In this document: in pieces, positions 38,340-50,941 of the stretch
How positions within the stretch are numbered: the first letter of the stretch is position 1
Layout: every line of letters starts with the position of its first letter
NCBI GenBank assembly: GCA_030390025.1
Contig: CM059432.1
Span: forward strand, 108,068,001-108,132,000
Length of the DNA stretch: 64,000 bases
DNA from: Squalus acanthias
Taxonomy: Eukaryota
Direction: 5' to 3'
The notes under the pieces: generated by a model
The model's input: the letters and a program-made list of their open reading frames with translations, nothing else
Told to the model about the DNA's origin: nothing
Databases searched by the model: none
Position numbers and translations under genes: made by a program

Positions 38340-41300
38340 TTTCCCTCCCCCCCAAGTTCCTGGCCTTCTCCCCCTCCGATCTCCCCTCCCTCTCTCTCCC
38401 CTACTCTCCCACCCCCCTCCGATCCCCCCTCTCTCCCCCCTCCGATCCCCTCTCTCTCCCCTCCGATCCCCCCTCTCTACCCCCTCCGATCCCCTCTCTC
38501 TCTCCCCACTCTGATCCCCCCCTTCTCTCCCCCCTCCGATCGCCTCTCTCTCCCCTCCGATCCCCTCTCTCTCTCTCCCCTACTCTCCCACCCCCCTCCA
38601 ATCCCCTCTCTCTCCCCCTCCTTCCTCTCCCCTCCAATCTCCTCTCTCTCCCCTCCAATCCCTTCTCACTTTCCCCCCTCCGATCCCCCCTCTCTCTCTC
38701 CTCCCTCCGATCCCCCCTCTCTCTCTCCCTCCGATCCCCCCTCTCTCTCTCCCCCCTCCGATCCCCCCTCTCTCTGTCTCCCCTCCAATTCCCCCTCTCT
38801 CCCCCTCCGATCTCCCCTCTCTCTCACTCCCCCCTCCGATCTCCCCTCTCTCTCACTCCCCCCTCCGATCTCCTCTCTCTCCCCTCCAATCCCCTCTCTC
38901 TCTCCCCTACTCTCCCACCCCCCTCCAATCCCCTCTCTCTCTCCCCTACTCTCCCACCCCCCTCCAATCCCCTCTCCCCCGCCTCCCTCTCCCCCTCCAA
39001 ACTCCTCTCTCTCCCCCTCCGATCCCCCTCTCTCCCCCCTCCGATCCCCCCTCTCTCCCCCCTCCGATCCCCCCTCTCTCCCCCCTCCGATCCCCCCTTT
39101 CTCTCCCCCATCCGATCCCCTCTCTCTCTCCCCTCTGATGCCCCATCTCTCTCTCCCCCCTCAGATCCCCCCTCTCTCTCTCCCCCCTCCGATCCCCCCT
39201 CTCTCCCCCCTCCGATCCCCCCTCTCTCTCCCCCCTCAGATCCCCCCTCTCTCTCTCCCCCCTCCGATCCCCCCTCACTCTCTCCCCCCTCCGATCCCCC
39301 CTCTCTCTCTCCCCCCTCTCTCCCCCCTCCGATCCCCCCTCTCTCCCCCCTCCGATCCCCCTCTCTCTCCCCTCTGATGCCCCCTCTCTCTCCCCCCCCC
39401 TCAGATCCCCCCTCTCTCTCCCCCCTCCGATCCCCCCTCTCTCTCCCCCCTCAGATCCCCCCTCTCTCTCTCCCCCCTCCGATCGCCCCTCTCTCTCCCC
39501 CCTCCAATCCCTTCTCACTTTCCCCCCTCCGATCCCCCCTCTCTCTCTCCCCCCTCCGATCCCCCCTCTCTCTCTCCCCCCTCCGATCGCCCCTCTCTCT
39601 CCCCCCTCCAATCCCTTCTCACTTTCCCCCCTCCGATCCCCCCTCTCTCTCTCCCCCTCCGATCCCCCCTCTCTCTCTCCCTCCGATCCCCCCTCTCTCT
39701 CCCCCCTCAGATCCCCCCTCTCTCTCTCCCCCCTCAGATCCCCCCTCTCTCTCTCCCCCCTCCGATCCCCCCCTCTCTCTCCCCCCTCCGATCCCCCCTC
39801 TCTCTCCCCCTTCTCTCCCCCCTCCGATCCCCCCTCAGATCCCCCCTCTCTCCCCATCCGATCTCCTCTCTCTCTCCCCCCTCCGATCCCCTCTCTCTCC
39901 CCCCTCCGAATCCCCTCTCTCTCCCCCCTCCGATCCCACCTCTCTCTCTCCCCTCCGATCCCCCCTCTCTCCCCCTCCGATCCCCCCCTCTCTCTCTCCC
40001 CCCTCAGATCCCCCCTCTCTCACCCCCTCCGATCTCCTCTCTCTCTCTCTCTCCCCCCTCCGATCCCCTCTCTCTCCCCCCTCCGAACCCCCCCTCTCTC
40101 TCCGCCCTCCGATCCCCCCCTCACTCTCTCCCCTCCGATCCACCCTCTCTCCCCTCTCTCTCCCCCCTCTCTCTCCCCCCTCCGATCCCCCCCTCACTCT
40201 CTCCCCTCCGATCCCCCCTCTCTCCCCCTCCGAACCCCCCTCTCTCTCCCCCCTCCGATCCCCCCTCTCTATCCCCTCCGATCCCCTCTCTCTCTCCCCT
40301 CCGATCCCCCCTCTCGCTCTCCCCCTTCCCTCTCTTCCCCCTCCAATGCCCACTCTCTCCCCTCCTCTCTTCCCCTGCCAATCCCCTCTCTCTCCTCCCT
40401 CCGATCCCCCTCCTCTCTCTTCCCCCTCCGATCACCTTTATCTTCCACCCGATCCCCTCTCTCCCACCCTCTGATCCCCCTCCTCTCTCTTCCCCCTCCG
40501 ATCACCTCTCTCTTCCCCCTGATCCCCTCTCTCTCTCCCCCCTCCTCTCTCTTCCCCCCCACTGATCCCCTCTCTCTTCCCCCCCGATCCCCTCTCTCTC
40601 CCCCCTCCGATCCCCCCTCTCTCTCCCCCCTCCGATCCACTCCTCTCTCTCAGCCTCCTCCCTCTTCCACCTCCGATCCCCTCTCACTCTCTCCCCCTCT
40701 CTCTTCCCCTCCGATCCCCCTCTCTCTCTCCCCTCCGATCACCCTCTCTCTCCCCTCCGATCCCCCCTCTCTCCCCCCTCCGATCCCCCCTCCCTCACCC
40801 TTCCGATCCCCCCTCTCTCTCTCCCCTCTGATCCCCCCTTTCTCTCCCCTCCAATCCCCTCCGATCCCCCCTCTCTCTCCCCCCTCCGATCTCCTATCTC
40901 TCCCCCTCCCATCTCCCCTCTCTCCCCCCTCCGATCCCCTCTCTCTCTCCCCCCTCTCTCTCCCCCTCCGATCCCCTCCTCCCTCCCCCCTCCGATCCCC
41001 TCTCTCTCCCCCCTCCAATCCCCTCTCTCTCTCCCTCCTCTCTCTTCCTCCTCTGATCCCCTCTCTCGCCCTCCTCTCTCTCCCCTCTCGCTTCCCCACC
41101 GATCCCTCTCTGATTCCCCTCTCTCTTTCCCCGCCGATCCCCCCTCTCTCCCCCCTCCGATCCCCCCTCTCTCCCCCCTCCGATCCCCCCTCTCTCCCCC
41201 CTCCGTACCCCTCTCTCTCCCCTCCGATCCCCCCTCTCTCTCCCTTCTGATCCCCCCTCTCTCTCCCCTCCGATCCCCCCTCTCTCTCCCTTCTGATCCC

Positions 41301-43610
41301 CCCTTTCTCTCCCCTCCGATCCCCCCCTCTCTCCCCTCCGATCCCCCCTCTCCCCTCTGATCCCCCCTCTCTCTCTCCCCCCTCCGATCCCCTCTCTCTC
41401 TCCCCCCTCCGATCTCCTCTCTCTCTCCCCTCCAATCCCCCCTCTCGCTCTCCCCTCCGATCCCCCCTCTTGCTCTCCCCCTTCCCTCTCTTCCCCTCCG
41501 ATCCCCTCTCTCTCCCCCCTCCAATCCTCACTCTCTTCCCCCGCCAATCCCCCCTCTGCCCCCTCCGATCCCCCTCCTCTCTCTCCCCCCTCCGATCCCC
41601 TGTCTCTCTCCCCCTCCTCTCTCTTCCCCCTGATCCCTTCTCTCTCCCCCCTCCGATCCCCTCTCTCTCTCCCCCTCTCTCTACCCCTCCTCTTTCTCCC
41701 TCCTCTGATCCCCTCTCTCTCCCCCTCTCTCTCGGCCTCTTCTCTCTTCCCCCTCCGATCCCCTCTCTCTCTCCCCCCTCCGAACCCCCCTACGATCCCC
41801 TCCTCTCTCCCCCCTCCAATCCCCTCTCTCTCTCCCCCTCTCTCTCCCCCTCCTCTCTCTCCCCCCTCTGATCCCCTCTCTCTCCACCTCTCTCTCAGCC
41901 TCTTCTCTCTTCCCCTCCGATCCCCCCTCCGATCCCCCCTCTCTCTTTCCCTGCCGATCCCCCCTCTCTCTTCCCTCCGATCCCCGCTCTCTCTCCCCTC
42001 CGATCCCCCCTCCCTCCCCCCTCCGATCCCCCTTCTCTCCCCCCTCCGATCCCCCCTCTCTCTCTCTCTCTCCCTTCGATCCCCCCTCTCTCTCTCTCCC
42101 CTCCGATCCCCCCTCTCTCTCCCCCCTCCGATCCCCCCTCTCTCTCCCCCCTCCGATCCCCCCTCTCTCTCTCTCCCCTCCGATCCCCCCTCTCTCTCTC
42201 TCCCCTTCGATCCCCCCTCTCTCTCTCCCCTCCGATCCCCCCTCTCTCTCACTCCCCTCCGATCCCCCCTCCGATCCCCCCTCTCTCTCTCCCCCTTCCC
42301 TCTCTTCCCCCTCCAATCCCCTCTCTTCCCCCTCCAATCCCCACTCTCTCGCCTTCCTCTCTTCCCCCGCCAATCCCCTCTCTCTCCCCCCTCCGATCCC
42401 CCTCCTCCCTCTTCCCCCTCCGATCCCCTCTCTCTTCCCCCGATCCTCTCTCTCTCCCCCCTCCGATCCCCTCTCTCTTTCCCCTTCCTCTCTCTTCCCC
42501 CTGATCCCCTCTCTCTTCCCCCCCGATCCCCTCTCTCTCCCCCCTCCGATCCCCTCTCTCTCTCTCCCTCCTCTCTCTCCCCCCTCCGATCCCCTCTCTC
42601 TCCCCCCTCTCTCTCGGCCTCTTCTCTCTTCCCCCTCCGATCCCCTCTCTCTCTCCCCCCTCCGATCCCCTCTCTCTCTCCCCCCTCCGATCCCCTCTCT
42701 CTCCTCCTCTCTCTTTCCCCTCCGATCTCCCCTCTCTCTCTCCCCCCTGTCTCTTCCCCTTCGATCCCCTCTCTCTCCCCCCTTCGATCCCCCCTCTCTC
42801 TCCCCCTCTCTCCCCCTCCTCTCTCTCCCCCTTCCGATCCCCTCTCTCTCCTCCTCTCTCTCGACCTCCTCTCTCTTCCCCTCCGATCCCCCTCCTCCCT
42901 CTTCCCCCTCCAATCCCCTCTCTCTTCCCCCGATCCTCTCTCTCTCCCCCCTCCGATCCCCTCTCTCTTTCCCCTTCCTCTCTCTTCCCCCTGATCCCCT
43001 CTCTCTTTCCCCCCCGATCCCCTCTCTCTCCCCCCTCGATCCTCTCTCTCTCTCCCCCTCCTCTCTCTCCCCCCTCCGATCCCCTCTCTCTCCCCCTCTC
43101 TCTCGGCCTCTTCTCTCTTCCCCCTCCGATCCCCTCTCTCTCTCCCCCCTCCGATCCCCTCTCTCTCCTCCTCTCTCTTTCCCCTCCGATCTCCCCTCTC
43201 ACTCTCCCCCCTCTCTCTTCCCCTTCGATCCCCTCTCTCTCCCCCCTTCGATCCCTCTCTCTCTCTCCCCCTCTCTCCCCCTCCTCTCTCTCCCCCTTCC
43301 GATCCCCTCTCTCTCCTCCTCTCTCTCGACCTCCTCTCTCTTCCCCCTCCGATCCCTGCTCTCTCCCCCCTCTCTCTCTCCCCCTCCTCTCTCTCCCCCT
43401 CTCTCTCTCCCCCCTCCAATCCACTCTCTCTCCTCCCTCCGATTGCCCCTCCTCTCTCTCCCCCCTCCGATCCGCTCTCTCTCCTCCTCTCTCTTTCCCC
43501 TCCGATCCCCCCTCTCTCTCTCCCCCCTCTCTCTTTCCCCTCCGATCCACTCTCTCTCCTCCCTCCGATTCCCCCTCTCTCTGCCCTTTCGATCCTCTCT
43601 CTTCCAACCC
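38340..43610. repeat. ~5.3-kb polypyrimidine/polypurine minisatellite, unit ~CCCCCTCCGATCCCCCCTCTCTCT
   Basis: Direct reading: C/T-rich plus strand punctuated by CCGATC about every 20-45 bp. Confidence 0.97.
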
Positions 43611-44446
43611 CCGGATCTAGTGACCTTCTCCAGGGAGCTGAGAAAAGCGTGGCCCACACTGCAGGCTGCAACTGTTGGGTACTGCGCATGTGCAGAAGGG
43701 GATCAGGTGCGCGTGAGCGGCTCCAAGATACTGCGCATGTGCAGAAGGTCACAAAAGTGTTCACTCCATAATCTATTTGGGCGAAGGTACTCATCCACCT
43801 TCTGAGTCCAACTATTCCTGCCTTTCTGAGATGAGCCACAATTTCTGATCCATCTGCCATGTCTACGGTACAAGTGACTACGAGCCTCCTTCGTGTCCTT
43901 TTCATAAAAGGGGCTACCCACAGTCACCAGCCTGCATTAATATCGCAAATAGCTCTCTTAATTAATAATGAAGATTTCATGCATTGTGTAACTAAGATAG
44001 AAATTCTCCCTGTTTAAGAACTGTATTTGGCCTTGGACTATCTGATTGTAAGCCGCATTGGCAGAGGTGTCACTTTACCTGTCCCCTCAACCTCACCTGT
44101 TACATGTAGATGATGGCCCCCAAGCCCAGATAAAGTGGGGAAAGCTGAGGCTAAGGGCTCATGACCTTGCCTCATAAGCGTTACTGAAACATCTACAGCG
44201 GTCGAACAAGCCCTGAGAAAAAAAGATGATTTTCTGCGGACAAGAATAATTTGATGCAGCCAAAGCCAATTGGATGCTGCCTCGGTGATGCCCCTTCTTA
44301 CACCTAAGGCAACCACTCGGTTGGAACATGGATCAGGAAGGCCAAAAAAACAGTTGCCGTAGAAGTGTGGATGCCAAAGTAAAAAGAGCGAGCTACACTC
44401 GTTGCCCAAAACAGAGTTCAATGGCAGAAAATGGTAGAAGAACTAA

Positions 44447-45569
44447 CCCCAATTTTAATTCGGGGTGTACTGGAGCCGGGGCAAGCGGCAAGCTTGCATC
44501 ATGGTGCCGTGTGAGGCCTGGAGAGATTTTAACTCTCGGGCCCCATTTCCATGTTCAAGGCCGGACTCCCGGCCGAGCCTAGCGGGAATCACTAGGTGGC
44601 CAGCGGGCGGGATTTCAGGTTGTAGGAGGCTGTCGCTGGGGACCCGGGGAAATAGTTCCCGACACTAAGGTAAGTGGGTAACGGGGTGGGGGTGGGACGT
44701 GATCCCAGTTGGGGGAGGGGGGAAATGCTGATGCAAGGTAGGCCTAAGGTTCCTTGTGGGGCACAGAAGAGCACTCTTGCTCCTTCTAGCCCACAGGAAA
44801 ACTTACATAGAAACATAGAAACATAGAAACTAGGAGCAGGAGTAGGCCATTCGGCCCGTCGAGCCTGCTCCACCATTCAATACGATCATGGCTGATCATC
44901 CAAATCCAGTACCCTGTCCCTGCTTTCCCACACAGAATCCCCATCGAGCCTGCACCGACACATATCCCACCCTATCCCCGTAACCCCACGTATTTAATTC
45001 CCCCTAACATATCCCATCCTATCCCCGTAACCCCACATATTTAATCCCCCCCTAACACTAAGGGTCAATTTATCATAGCCAAATCAACCTAACCCGCACA
45101 TTTTTGGACTGTGGGAGGAAACCGGAGCACCCGGAGGAAACCCACGCAGACACGGGGAGAATGTGCAAACTCCACACAGACAGTCACCCGAGGCCAGATT
45201 CAAACCCGGGTCCCTGGCGCTGTGGGGCACCAGTGCTAACCACTATGCCACCGTGTTACCTTCCAGGGCCTCTTCTGGTCCGATCCAGTTTGCCGGCAGT
45301 TTTCTTTGGCAGCTCTAGTACTGGTCAGAACTTGTGCGACTGCAAGTTAAAATTGTGTCCCGACCCTATTTACGTCACTGGACCCTGAGTTTTGCATATT
45401 TATGAATCCCTCAGCTGCTTGCGGCGAGGGCCTCCGACTCCTCACAAACCCGGGAGTTAAAGTGGTGGCGGGCAGGAGCATGATGTGAACGGAAGGGTAA
45501 GTACTCTGCTCCTACTTTAACCCCCGCATGCTCCGTTCTCATTAGGCGCGGGAGGTTAGAATCGGATCT
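44447..45569. mobile_element. GC-rich MITE (17073/18152-like) hosting an HE1 SINE
   Basis: Shared internal motifs (GGTTCCTTGTGGGG...GAGCACTC...CCCACAGG, TTTGCATATT). Ends approximate. Confidence 0.55.
44807..45255 (-). mobile_element. HE1-type V-SINE with CR1-derived tail, TTAC TSD
   Basis: Reverse complement of the 7689 copy; (TTTCTATG)n tail. Confidence 0.88.
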
Positions 45570-46084
45570 CTATGCTGTACAAGGAGTAATAAGATTGAAT
45601 GATGATGATCTTGACTTGTCCCCTCAGTCAAGGAAAGGTGCGTGGCACAGGCAGGATAAAAGAGGAAGAGATAATAACTTGCAAGAAGGAGAGCGGAATT
45701 AAAAACAAATCCTATCAATATTCTTCAAGCTTCATTTGTACCAGATGTGGTTGAAATCCACTCCATTATTCACATAAACCATTGCAACACTGAATAAAGC
45801 AATATAGCTAGTTTCATTCATTAATCATTATTTATAGTTTGTTGTTTTCTTTCAACCACAAATGATTTTTGAAATCGTTGTTTCACTTCATTTCGAACGA
45901 GACATTAATCAAGTAAATTATATTGACATAATTCTGTACAGAAGATGGATGTGTACACTAATGCCACTTAGCGATTATGTGTTACAGTTTGGGTTTTACA
46001 GAACAATCTTCACACTCAATGGTCTAACAGTCACTGCCTTAAGTGGATCTGGTCCCTTCTGATCAATTTACACCTATAGTGCTG

Positions 46085-46157
46085 TAGTGTTTGTTAATAC
46101 ATTTAGCTAGTGTTTGTTAATAAGTTCAGCTAGTGTTTGTTAATAAGTTCAGCTAGT
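46085..46157. repeat. 23-bp tandem repeat x3 (TAGTGTTTGTTAATAAGTTCAGC)
   Basis: Direct reading. Confidence 0.85.
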
Positions 46158-47461
46158 AACAATCTAGAAAAGACTGCAGATCTTCAAAATATGTGACTTA
46201 TATTGATTGATCATTGTTAGCACACAGCATACAGCTGTCAATCATAACGAATACAAAGTTACACCGATATTGATACAAGTCCCATGTGGTAAATTTCTAC
46301 GGGTAAATTTTGGGAGGCCTTTTGCACCTCCACAGCCAGTGCATATCGCAATAAACCACCAGCAGTATAATGACCCGTAAACCTACCCTCTAATCTCATT
46401 TTGGAAGCACAGTATGGATACAAACTTCACCAGATGAAGGAGATTATCAGGGTGAATCCAACCTGCATCTCTCAGGTGCACCTACTAACAGCAGGTTCCA
46501 GAGCTTAATTGGTTAAAGGTTTGGGAACTTTCTTGCTTCCCTCCCTTCCCCTAGCTCACCAGGCCAAACTTCCCGTAAGATCCCCCTCTGCCCGAGCCCT
46601 TGCATCTTTCTCTAGTTTCTCTCCTATCTCCCCCCCATGCCCTCACCGAGCTCATCTTGTCCATGAGACCCACCTCCTGCTCCCTCGAACCTATGCCCAT
46701 CAAACTGCTGGCCACCCAACTTCACTTTCTGGCCCCCATGTTAGCTGATATTGTTAATGGTTCCCTCTCGTCAGGTACTTTCTCCCTCCCCTTCAAATCT
46801 GCCATCATCATCCACCCGCTCCTCAAAAAACTCACCCTTGACCCCTCTGTCCTAGCAACCTAGCAACTTATCTCCATCCTCCCTTTCCTCTCCTTGAACA
46901 TGTTGCCACCTCCCAAAATCCATGCCCATCTCTCCCGGAACTCCACGTTTGAATCCCTCCAATCAGGTTTCCGCTCCTGCTACAGCACTGAATCGGCCCT
47001 TATCAAAGTTACAAATTATATCCTCTGTGACTGTGATGGTGGTAAACTGTCCCTCCTCAACCTTTTCAACCTTTCACACAGTTGACCACACCATCATCCT
47101 CCAATGCCGTTCCTTCGTTGTCCAGCTGGGTGGGACTGCACTTGTCTGGTTCTATTCTTATCTATTCAGTCATAGCCAGAGAATCACTTCCCACTCCCGC
47201 ACTGTTGACTCTGGAATCCTCCAAGGATCTAAATTTGGCCGCCTCCTATTTCTCATCCATATGCTGCCCCTCGGCGACATCAGCCGAAAACACGACATCA
47301 GGTTCCACATGCACGCTGACGATACCCAGCTCTACCTCACCACTATCTCTGTCCACCCCTCCACTGCCTGTGATTTGTCACACTGCATGTCCAAAATCCA
47401 GTATTGAATGAGTAGAAATTTCATCCAATTAAATACTGAGAAAACCAAAGTCATTGTCTTC

Positions 47462-50055
47462 TAATGAGGCCATATGGGTAGAACTTAAAAACAAAAAGGG
47501 GGCAAGCACTTTGCTGGGAGTGTACTATAGGCCCCCAAACAGTCAGGGGGAGATAGAGGAACAGATATGGAGGCAAATCTCAGAGAAGTATAGAAATAAT
47601 AGGGTAATAATAGTAGGGGATTTCAACTTCCCCAATATTAACTGGGATAGTCAGAGCGTGAAAGGCTTAATTGGTGCGGAATTCTTAAAGTGCATCCAGG
47701 AGAGCTTTTTGATCCAGCATGTAGAAAGTCCTACAAGAGAGGGGGCAGTACTGGACCTAATTCTAGGGAATGTAGCCGGGCAAGTGGTAGATGTGTCAGT
47801 AGCAGAGCATTTTGGTGACAGTGACCATAATTCAGTGAGATTTAAGGTAGTCATGGAAAAGGACAAAGATGGACTGGAAATAAAGGTTCTAAATTGGGGG
47901 AAGGCCGATTTTAATATGATAAGGCAGGATCTGGCCAAAATGGACTGGGATCAGCTACTTGTAGGAAAATCCACATCAGAGCAGTGGGAGTCTTTCAGAA
48001 AGGAAATAGAGAGAGTACAACGCCAACATGTTCCTGTAAAGGTCAAGGGTCGGACCAACAAGCCCAGGGAACCCTGGATGTCAAGGGATATACAAGAATG
48101 GATTAGGAAAAAAAGGGAGGCTTATGGCAGATACAAAGGACTAAAAACAGTGGAAGCCCTAGAGGAGTATAGAAAGTGCAGGGGGGTACTTAAAAAAGAA
48201 ATTAGGAGAGCGAAGAGGGGGCATGAAAAAACACTGGCGAGCAAAATAAAGGAAAATCCCAAGGTGTTTTATAAGTATATTAAGGGCAAGAGGATAACCA
48301 GGGAAAGAGTAAGGCCCATTAGGGACCAAAGTGGCAATCTGTGTGTAGAGCCGGAAGATGTAGGTGAGGTTTTAAATGAATATTTTGCATCTGTGTTCAC
48401 TATGCAGAAGGGTGATGTAAGCATAGAAATCAGGCAGGGGGATTGTGATATACTTGAACAAATTAGTATTGAGAGGGAGGAGGTACTAGCAGTTTTAGCG
48501 GGCTTAAAAGTGGATAAATCCCCAGGCCCTGACGGGATGTATCCCAGGCTGCTGTGTGAGGTAAGGGGGGAGATTGCAGGGGCTCTGACACAAATTTTCA
48601 GAACCTCTCTGGCCACAGGGGAGGTGCCAGAGGACTGGAGAACAGCTAATGTAGTACCATTGTTCAAGAAGGGTAGTAGGGATAAACCAGGGAATTACAG
48701 GCCAGTGAGCCTAACATCAGTGGTCGGGAAATTATTGGAAAAAATTCTGAGGGACAGAATTAGTCTCCACTTGGAGAGGCAGGGATTAATCAGGGATAGT
48801 CAGCATGGCTTTGTCAGGGGAAGATCATGTCTGACCAATTTGATTGAATTTTTCGAGGGGGTGACTTGGTGTGTGGATGAGGGTAGTGCAGTTGATGTAG
48901 TCTACATGGACTTCAGTAAGGCTTTTGACAAAGTCCCACATGGGAGACTGGTCATGAAGGTAAGAACCCATGGGATCCAGGGCAATTTGGCACATTGGAT
49001 CCAAAATTGGTTTAGTGGCAGGAGGCAGAGGGTGATGGTCGAAGGTTGTTTTTGTGACTGGAAGCCTGTGTCCAGTGGTGTACCGCAGGGATCGGTGCTG
49101 GGTCCTTTGCTGTTTGTAGTGTACATTAATGATTTAGATATGAATGTAGGAGGTATGATCAGTAAGTTTGCAGATGACACGAAAATTGGTGGAGTGGTAA
49201 ATAGCGAGGAGGGAAGCCTCAGGCTACAGGACAATATAGACGGGATGGTTAGGTGGGCAGAACAGTGGCAAATGGAATTTAACACTGAAAAGTGTGAGGT
49301 GATGCATTTTGGGAGGACAAACAAGGCAAGGGAATATACAATGAATGGTAGGATCCTAGGAAGGACAGAGGATCAGAGGGACCTTGGTGTGCATGTACAT
49401 AGATCCCTGAAGGCAGCAGGACAGGTAGATAAGGTGGTTAAAAAGGCATATGGGATACTTGCCTTCATTAGCCGAGGCATAGAATATAAGAGCAGGGAGG
49501 TTATGATGGAGCTGTACAAAACGCTAGTTAGGCCACAGCTGGAATACTGTGTGCAGTTCTGGTCACCACACTATAGGAGGGATATGATTGCATTGGAGAG
49601 GGTGCAGAGGAGATTCACCAGGATGTTACCTGGGCTGGAGCGCTTCAGCTATGAAGAGAGACTGGACAGGCTGGGGTTGTTTTCCTTAGAGCAGAGAAGG
49701 CTGAGGGGGGACCTGATTGAGGTGTACAAAATTATGAGCGGCATAGATAGGGTAGATAGAAAGGAAATTTTCCCCTTAGTAGAGGGGTCAATAACCAGGG
49801 GCATAGTTTCAAGGTAAGGGGCAGGAGGTTTAGGGGGGATTTGAGGTGGTTGGAATCTGGAACTCACTGCCTGAAAGGGTGGTAGAGGCAGGAACCCTCA
49901 CAACATTCAAGAGGCATTTAGATGAGCACTTGAAACGCCATAGCATACAAGGCTACAGACCAAGTGCTGGAAAATGGGATTAGAATAGATAGGGCTTGAT
50001 GGTCGGTGCGGACACGATGGGCCGAAGGGCCTCTTTCTGTGCTGTATAACTCTAT
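47462..50055 (+). mobile_element. Young 5'-truncated CR1 LINE (APE C-terminal part plus RT)
   Basis: 787-codon open frame 47454..49817 (GDFNFP, SDHN, SPGPDG, GVPQGSVLGP, KFADDTK); TGTCTTC TSD within the L2. Confidence 0.95.
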
Positions 50056-50941
50056 GGGGGGAGAAATGCAGTATCGCCCCATTTGGGGCGCAATTATCGG
50101 CCGGGCGCAAAGATTAGTGCCTGCCGCTAATTATCGCCTCCGACGGCAAACTTGGCTTTTATCGTCCCTGGAGGTGATTGGAGCGCTAAATCAGGCGCTT
50201 CACACCTGTCTTAAGGCGCAAAGGCTGAGGAGCGAGGCGCTACCTCAGAGCTCTGGCGAAGCTCATGTGATGTCAGTCAGCAATGGAACACAGACACAAT
50301 GGTGCCGGCCAGTTCTTAAAGGGGAGGGTTGATCTTGCTCTCCATCATCCTGCTCATTGCAGCCTTGAATCTCAGCCTGGAGAGACCTGTACATCAAATC
50401 TGCTGGAAAGAACAATGGAGAGACCCAGGGAAAGAGCTCAGAGTGCAGCCCCCACAGTCTCTTCTATACAAGGAAGGGCAAATCAAAATGAACCTGCAAA
50501 GTGCTGCTCAGTACCCAAAACTCCTTCACACAGCGTTGAATCTCACCAGAAGTCTCTCTCTCTCTCTCTCAGAATGCGTGGTGCAAAAATGTCACCAACA
50601 AAAAAAGGCAGGAAGCGTTCGCCTTTAAATAGCGCTCCCCCAGTCCCTTCCTGACTGCAAAACGCTCCCCTCAACCTGTCGTTGCTAGCGGCAGGCGGTA
50701 AGGCAGGGGGCGCCACTCAATATCCGGTCCGGGGCGCTACCGGGGCGTTGCGCACTCGACTGATGTCACAATCTGCCGGCGCAGGAGATCGCGGCAGTAG
50801 TGTTTAGCGCTGCCGCAAAATGTCTAGTTAATTTCGTGAGCGGCGCAAACATTGCTGCGCACGGGCGCTAGTTGCTTTGCGCCCCATTAGCGCCCTCTTA
50901 AGGCGCTAACGGGAGGCGCAAGCCAACTGAATTTTTCCCCC
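50056..50941. mobile_element. GC-rich Harbinger-type MITE, TAT TSD (copy B)
   Basis: GGGGGGAGAAAT ... ATTTTTCCCCC; colinear with 37123..38015; sits at the CR1 tail. Confidence 0.85.

Noticed and set aside
38340..43610. CRISPR-like array (constant CCGATC core with variable spacers)
   Set aside because: The core is only 6-10 bp, the spacers are low-complexity C/T runs, there are no cas genes and the context is a vertebrate intron.
38401..43905. Very long G/E/R-rich and P/L/S-rich ORFs (up to 1003 aa)
   Set aside because: Several overlapping frames on both strands are open because the low-complexity satellite rarely makes stop codons; no domain or splice support.
44038..44421. 127-aa ORF as a novel gene
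   Set aside because: Non-ATG start, no recognisable motif, and a length that can arise by chance.
47454..49817. Autonomous active LINE or retron-like reverse transcriptase
   Set aside because: 5'-truncated CR1 with no ORF1 or promoter, a start borrowed from flanking L2 sequence, and a terminal frameshift.
37349..50654. Similar ORFs at 37349-37729 and 50283-50654 as a conserved small protein
   Set aside because: The similarity comes from two copies of one MITE, and the frames shift between copies at the N-terminus.
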